A DNA stretch of 63,497 bases, the filler included, from Perkinsus olseni (taxonomy: Eukaryota): the NCBI GenBank assembly GCA_013115125.1. It is 8 parts of 8 records of this genome, joined end to end, with 100 filler letters (N's around TTAATTAATTAA, not from the genome) between each part and the next. Parts side by side here need not be neighbours in the genome. Positions count along the whole stretch, not along the records: positions 55,735 to 63,497 come from JABANN010001007.1; 7 more parts are not named here. One strand, written 5' to 3'. A model generated the notes under the pieces. That model was not told the DNA's origin. It did no database searches and saw only the letters and a program-made list of their open reading frames with translations. The position numbers and the translations under genes are program-made. Numbering within the stretch: position 1 is the first letter of the stretch; every line of letters begins with the position of its first letter. Positions 59,104 through 63,497 of the stretch are shown here, piece after piece.

Positions 59104-59423
59104 GTCTAGGACTGCAACACCACGACTACAAGCTGCAACACAGGCCTCCGATCTATCTTATCGGTGTGAGTGCAACCTCCGTAATCCGTTGAATGAATTT
59201 CGATATGCCACGACGCACCTTCCACTACTCCTCAATGGATCACGATAGTGACACGTGCGTAAAGAGTCGTTGCTAACGACAGGACAGAATATCCCGACGC
59301 GAGAAACTCGTGACGTAATCTTGCCCTTCAAAAGGCCCAGGTTCGATCCCGGCACTGAGTTTTTTTCTGGGAGAAAATCGATGGAAGATCATGCGTTGTG
59401 CGAGGACGGTGACCTCATTCGCC

Positions 59424-60236
59424 CATGAGCCTGCAAGTTGTTTCATCCGTCGTTAAGGATGACTAACATATTCGGCTCGATTACTACAGACAATGCCTTC
59501 CGTGGCGATTTGGATACCTCGCTCCGTCAAAAGGTACCATAAAACTAGAACTCATCTTTCGTGATTCCACCTCTTCAGCTCGGTGGTTCATCACCTACTG
59601 AAGGCAGCATCTTCACGAGGGTACTCGGTTGCTTAGCCGCGACTGCTGTGCTCGTTGTATCCATCCTGGGCCACTTTTTATTTGCTGAGGAAGTAAGTCA
59701 CCTGACGGTCTCTTGCGAATAATCTTGTCGCCTATCTCGCTGCTGGATGCGCGGGCGTTCGAGGGAGTAACACAACGAGGGCGAATGTAGCACGGAAGCC
59801 GTGCTAGGACGTCATCGAAAACCGATATCGCTGGAGAGCTTCGCTAGAAAACCGTAACTCAGAATTTATGGAGAAAAGGATAAGCTGTGGACAATATTGA
59901 GGTATCTTGTGCCCCGCACAGGTTCGAACCCCCCTAACGACTATGTTATGTGTCCTGTATTTGGTCATTGGCATCATACTCGTTCTCGTAGAGTTCATGC
60001 CTAATAGCTCACTGGCTGGCTCAGTGTTCGAAGAAGTTCAATTCCTTCGTCATCTTCTCGGGAAATCGGTTTGTTACCTTTTCCTCGGGTTACTATTCAT
60101 CTGCCAAGGTGCAGTGTCAGACCAGGCTGATAAACAAGTGTCATCATGGATGTTCATATCAGTAGGGATCTACTCAGTTGTCGTAGCCATCATATTCTTC
60201 CTCCTAGGCTGGAGGCTCAGGGGGTCTTCTTATTAG
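59424..60236 (+). CDS. COPI-associated/TVP15-like small membrane protein; start uncertain
   Basis: Hydrophobic helices LYLVIGIILVLVEF...FLRHLLGKSVCYLFLGLL, resembling the COPI_assoc pattern. Confidence 0.55.
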
Positions 60237-60353
60237 TACTTTTGTCTCATTGGCACTACTTTCCCTAACATGAACGTATTTTGTTGACGTAACGCAAAGC
60301 AGACGAGGTTAGAAACAGTAAGGGTTTAATGTGATGATTGTTGTTAATAAATC

Positions 60354-62752
60354 TCACTTTCGTCCAAGAGGTTTGAGACTTTCAAGCATCTCTCCATCTC
60401 GTTTAGCAATGCCGTGTCTGGATATCTTGTTAGTAGCGGTTAGACACTTATTATCACAAGTCCAAGGATCAGCTATTAAACCAATAGCTGAGAGTTTCTC
60501 AATAGGCATCAAGTGACCCTTAGTATAACAGTCCAGGAGAGATCTCATAACCTCTTTGTTAACAGCGCTGTTCTCGAGTAGGTCCTAAAGAATGAGGAGA
60601 TAATCGCAGGTTCGATCCCCGGTAGTGACAACTAACCTGAACATTCTTGTATTCTATACCATTTTCCTTAGCCCATTGAGTAATAGCCTTCTCTCTGACT
60701 TGTACGATAGCCACTGGACGATCCATGGTGCCATCACCATAGACCATCAAACCTCCAGCGAGGGCATCAACATATTGTGAACCGGAGTACACCATTTCCA
60801 TGTTCTCGAGGGCAATATATTCACCTCCCTTAAGCTTAACAAGGTTCTTGATACGATCGATGATACGTAAAGTGCCATCAGGACACCACAAACCAATATC
60901 CCCGGTCCTGAACCACCCATTGGGTAGAAAAGACTCTTTAGTCTTCTCAGGCAGTCGGAAGTAGCCGTAGCTAACGGTAGGCCCGCGTATCATAACTTCG
61001 CCACGACCGAGACAGGGATTCCCTTCGGCATCCACTCTGTCTTTACTAAGATAAGGTAGACCATTACGATCCAAGATCTCCGGCTCGCCCTTCTCGTCGT
61101 TGAGGCATGATCTAAGCATGATCTCAACACCGGGAATGGGTGGCCCGACGTTGAAGGGACGAGTGTCCCCGAGTAAAGAAAAGGAAGCACCAGCACAGGT
61201 CTCAGTTAGGGCATAGCCTTGTACGACATAGCAACCAAAAGCCGTGCGTATCCAATCTTGGATGTGGGAAGCTAGGGGCCCCCCTCCAGATAGTATACCG
61301 TTAACCCTTCCACCAAGCATATCCTCAATCTTCTTGAAAATGAGCTTATCGAAGACCGGCGTATAACGACCTGCATTGAGTGCTGCCAGTTTCCATTCGA
61401 AAGCAGCATTAACGAGCTGTTGCTTCCCAGCAGGTAATTTGGCGATCTCTGCAAGAGCACCCTTCATGATGACCTCATAGACTTTCGGTACACCCATAAT
61501 GAGGTGAGGTTTGAACTCCTCCAACGCACCAGTAGGACGAGCACCAGCATCCGTTAGAGTCCGTGGGTCGGCGTAACCGATGTTACCACCGAGGGAAAGG
61601 ACACCAATATGAATGGCTAGTTCGAAAATATGTGACAGTGGAAGGTAGGCAACATGGGAGAAGTGAGGCGGCATAGCAGCAACACAGATCGGTATCACCG
61701 AGCCGATGGTGAATAAGATACTCGAATGAGGCATAACAACACCTTTAGGCTTCCCTGTTGTGCCACTGGTATACATGATGACAGCTACAGATTCTTCAGT
61801 AGCCTTGGTCATACCAAACTTCTCACAGTTCGCCTTGCCTGCCGCTAATGCCTTAGCATATGGTATAACCTGGATACCCTCCTGATCAGCAGCGAGAGGT
61901 TGTTGAGCTTCTTTGGGATCCACATTGAGATCGGTGTATATGATGTATTTAAGGGATGGTATCTCGCTACGTCTGGCGACGATCTTCTTAACATTTTTCC
62001 TGTTACATAATAAGGTGGTCCTCTCTCCCTCTTGTACTGCTTGTACTACGGCATCAGGACCAAGTGTACCATACACAGTGGTAACAAGCATATCTTGAGT
62101 CCATGCACCCAAAGCAGCGGTGATCCACATATCACAGGTATCCTCAAAAATAACTATCGAATACTCACCCAGAAGGTCAAGATCAAAATCCTTAGTATGA
62201 GGTTGAGGTTTGTTACCAATAGAGCGTAAGAAGACACCAAAAGCACGATAGTTGAAGCCAAGCTCCTTGTACGTAGTCCAAGTAGTCGGGCCAAAGACGC
62301 TAACTGGGAATCTGATTAACAATGTTGTAACAGCAGCATATACCTACAACGAGTTATCTTAGGCCTACCTCTGTCCTACATCCTCCTTCCCTTTGTACTC
62401 TCTCACACCCAATGCTTTCATATCTGGATACTGACCTACACTAGACTCAACCAAGTCTAATAGGGTCTTGGAACCGGGAGCCCAATCACACTCCAACTTA
62501 AAATCTTTACAACCAGTTCTCATACGAATAGCGTCACCGTTCTGACATTAACATCTTTGCAGGAGGACATGAATCTCTGTCGTGAAATATTACCTCCTCA
62601 CCAACCACTTCTGAGTTCATATCAGAATCGACTGGTTTACGACGCTTCAAAGGACCGCCTGTTACAACCCAAGCGAGGGAGTCCAGGAACTTGAGGACAC
62701 CGGTGGCTATAGAAGCACCAACAGTGGATGGCGGTGCGGTGGCAGCGCTCAT
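60354..62752 (-). CDS. Long-chain acyl-CoA synthetase, multi-exon
   Basis: IMYTSGTTGKPKG, YLPLSHIFE, QGYALTE, GWFRTGDIG, IIDRIKNLVKLKGGEYIALE, LTATNKISR. Confidence 0.95.
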
Positions 62753-63164
62753 ATAGAATATACGTGAAAAATTTCTACTACGATACCGTCTTTCCTCCTC
62801 GGGCGCACTACTGCCAACGCATAGCACATTGTGAAGCTGACGAAAGACTGGTATTTGAGAACCTCTCACGCAGGGAAGTTGAGTACTGATCCAAGTAGAG
62901 CAATACGACGAGTCAATTGCGCGGACGATGGTTCTGTGAGTAAAAGGATGCTAAACACTACTTGTGTCAAAAACCGTAGATGTGTGTATTGTGACGACAC
63001 AACGAGGTGCCTCCCTAGCTGAGGATATCTCAACGCTAGTGGAGTATAAACAAGTGGCAAAAGTCGAAGTCAAAGGATCTTGTTGACAATGAGACGGAGG
63101 TTCTCAAGACCTCGCTCTACTCTATCATCATCAACGTGATAAACCTCAAGGCAAAAGTCAAACA

Positions 63165-63340
63165 TAAGCAGTAGCAGTGGTTGTGGTAGTAGAAAAGGTT
63201 GCCATAGTGCTTTTGGCAGTAGTACTACTACAGTATAAGTAGTCGTAGTAGTAGTAGAAAAAAGAGGATGAGTGATAGTAGTAACGGTTATGACAGAAGG
63301 AGAGGTAGTTGTTGGGGTATTAGTAGCTATTGTAGTATAG
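63165..63340. repeat. (GTA)n-rich low-complexity tract
   Basis: Imperfect AGTAGTAGT/GTAGCA runs. Confidence 0.5.
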
Positions 63341-63497
63341 CATATTCCCTCCGTTTACCGTCGGCAAGGCTACATGAGTTGCTCTAGCATCTCAGAATGA
63401 CGAGTGCAGATACCACTACGAGAGATCTTCTGAGTAGCAGTCATACACTTGTTATCAGAAGTCCAGGGATCACAGATGAGACCAACAGCAACTATCT

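Noticed and set aside
59320-59368. tRNA-like GGTTCGATCCCGG followed by a T run
   Set aside because: No acceptor stem or D arm could be built. At most a fragment or an isolated B box.

Overview
Eukaryotic, intron-rich DNA, most likely from Perkinsus (Alveolata). This rests on a near-perfect Perkinsus-type spliced-leader (SL) sequence, short GT-AG introns and the gene content. The window is not one locus. It is eight unrelated contigs of 7915, 7903, 7884, 7879, 7847, 7820, 7786 and 7763 bp, sorted by size and joined by an artificial N44-TTAATTAATTAA-N44 linker. Host genes: two MFS transporters, an atypical cytochrome P450, histone H4, ALKBH8-like, ubiquilin/DSK2, serine carboxypeptidase S10, GH19 chitinase, the 5' part of an ABCB transporter, an EEP/sphingomyelinase-like gene, a COPI-associated membrane protein, a long-chain acyl-CoA synthetase and a tRNA-Gln tandem array. 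Mobile DNA: two full-length BEL/Pao-like LTR retrotransposons, a nested gag with CCCH fingers, a TRIM, a giant Helitron-like ORF, a hAT MITE, a PIF/Harbinger-group MITE and several hairpin-type excision footprints. Most notable: both LTRs of the element at 48723-54975 carry a sense copy of the host SL, overlapping a (T/G)ACTAAC motif, and the 5' copy ends 29 nt upstream of a gag ATG that lies inside the PBS. This suggests a retrotransposon adapted to, or mimicking, SL trans-splicing. Exon boundaries and family calls are by eye, with no database searches.
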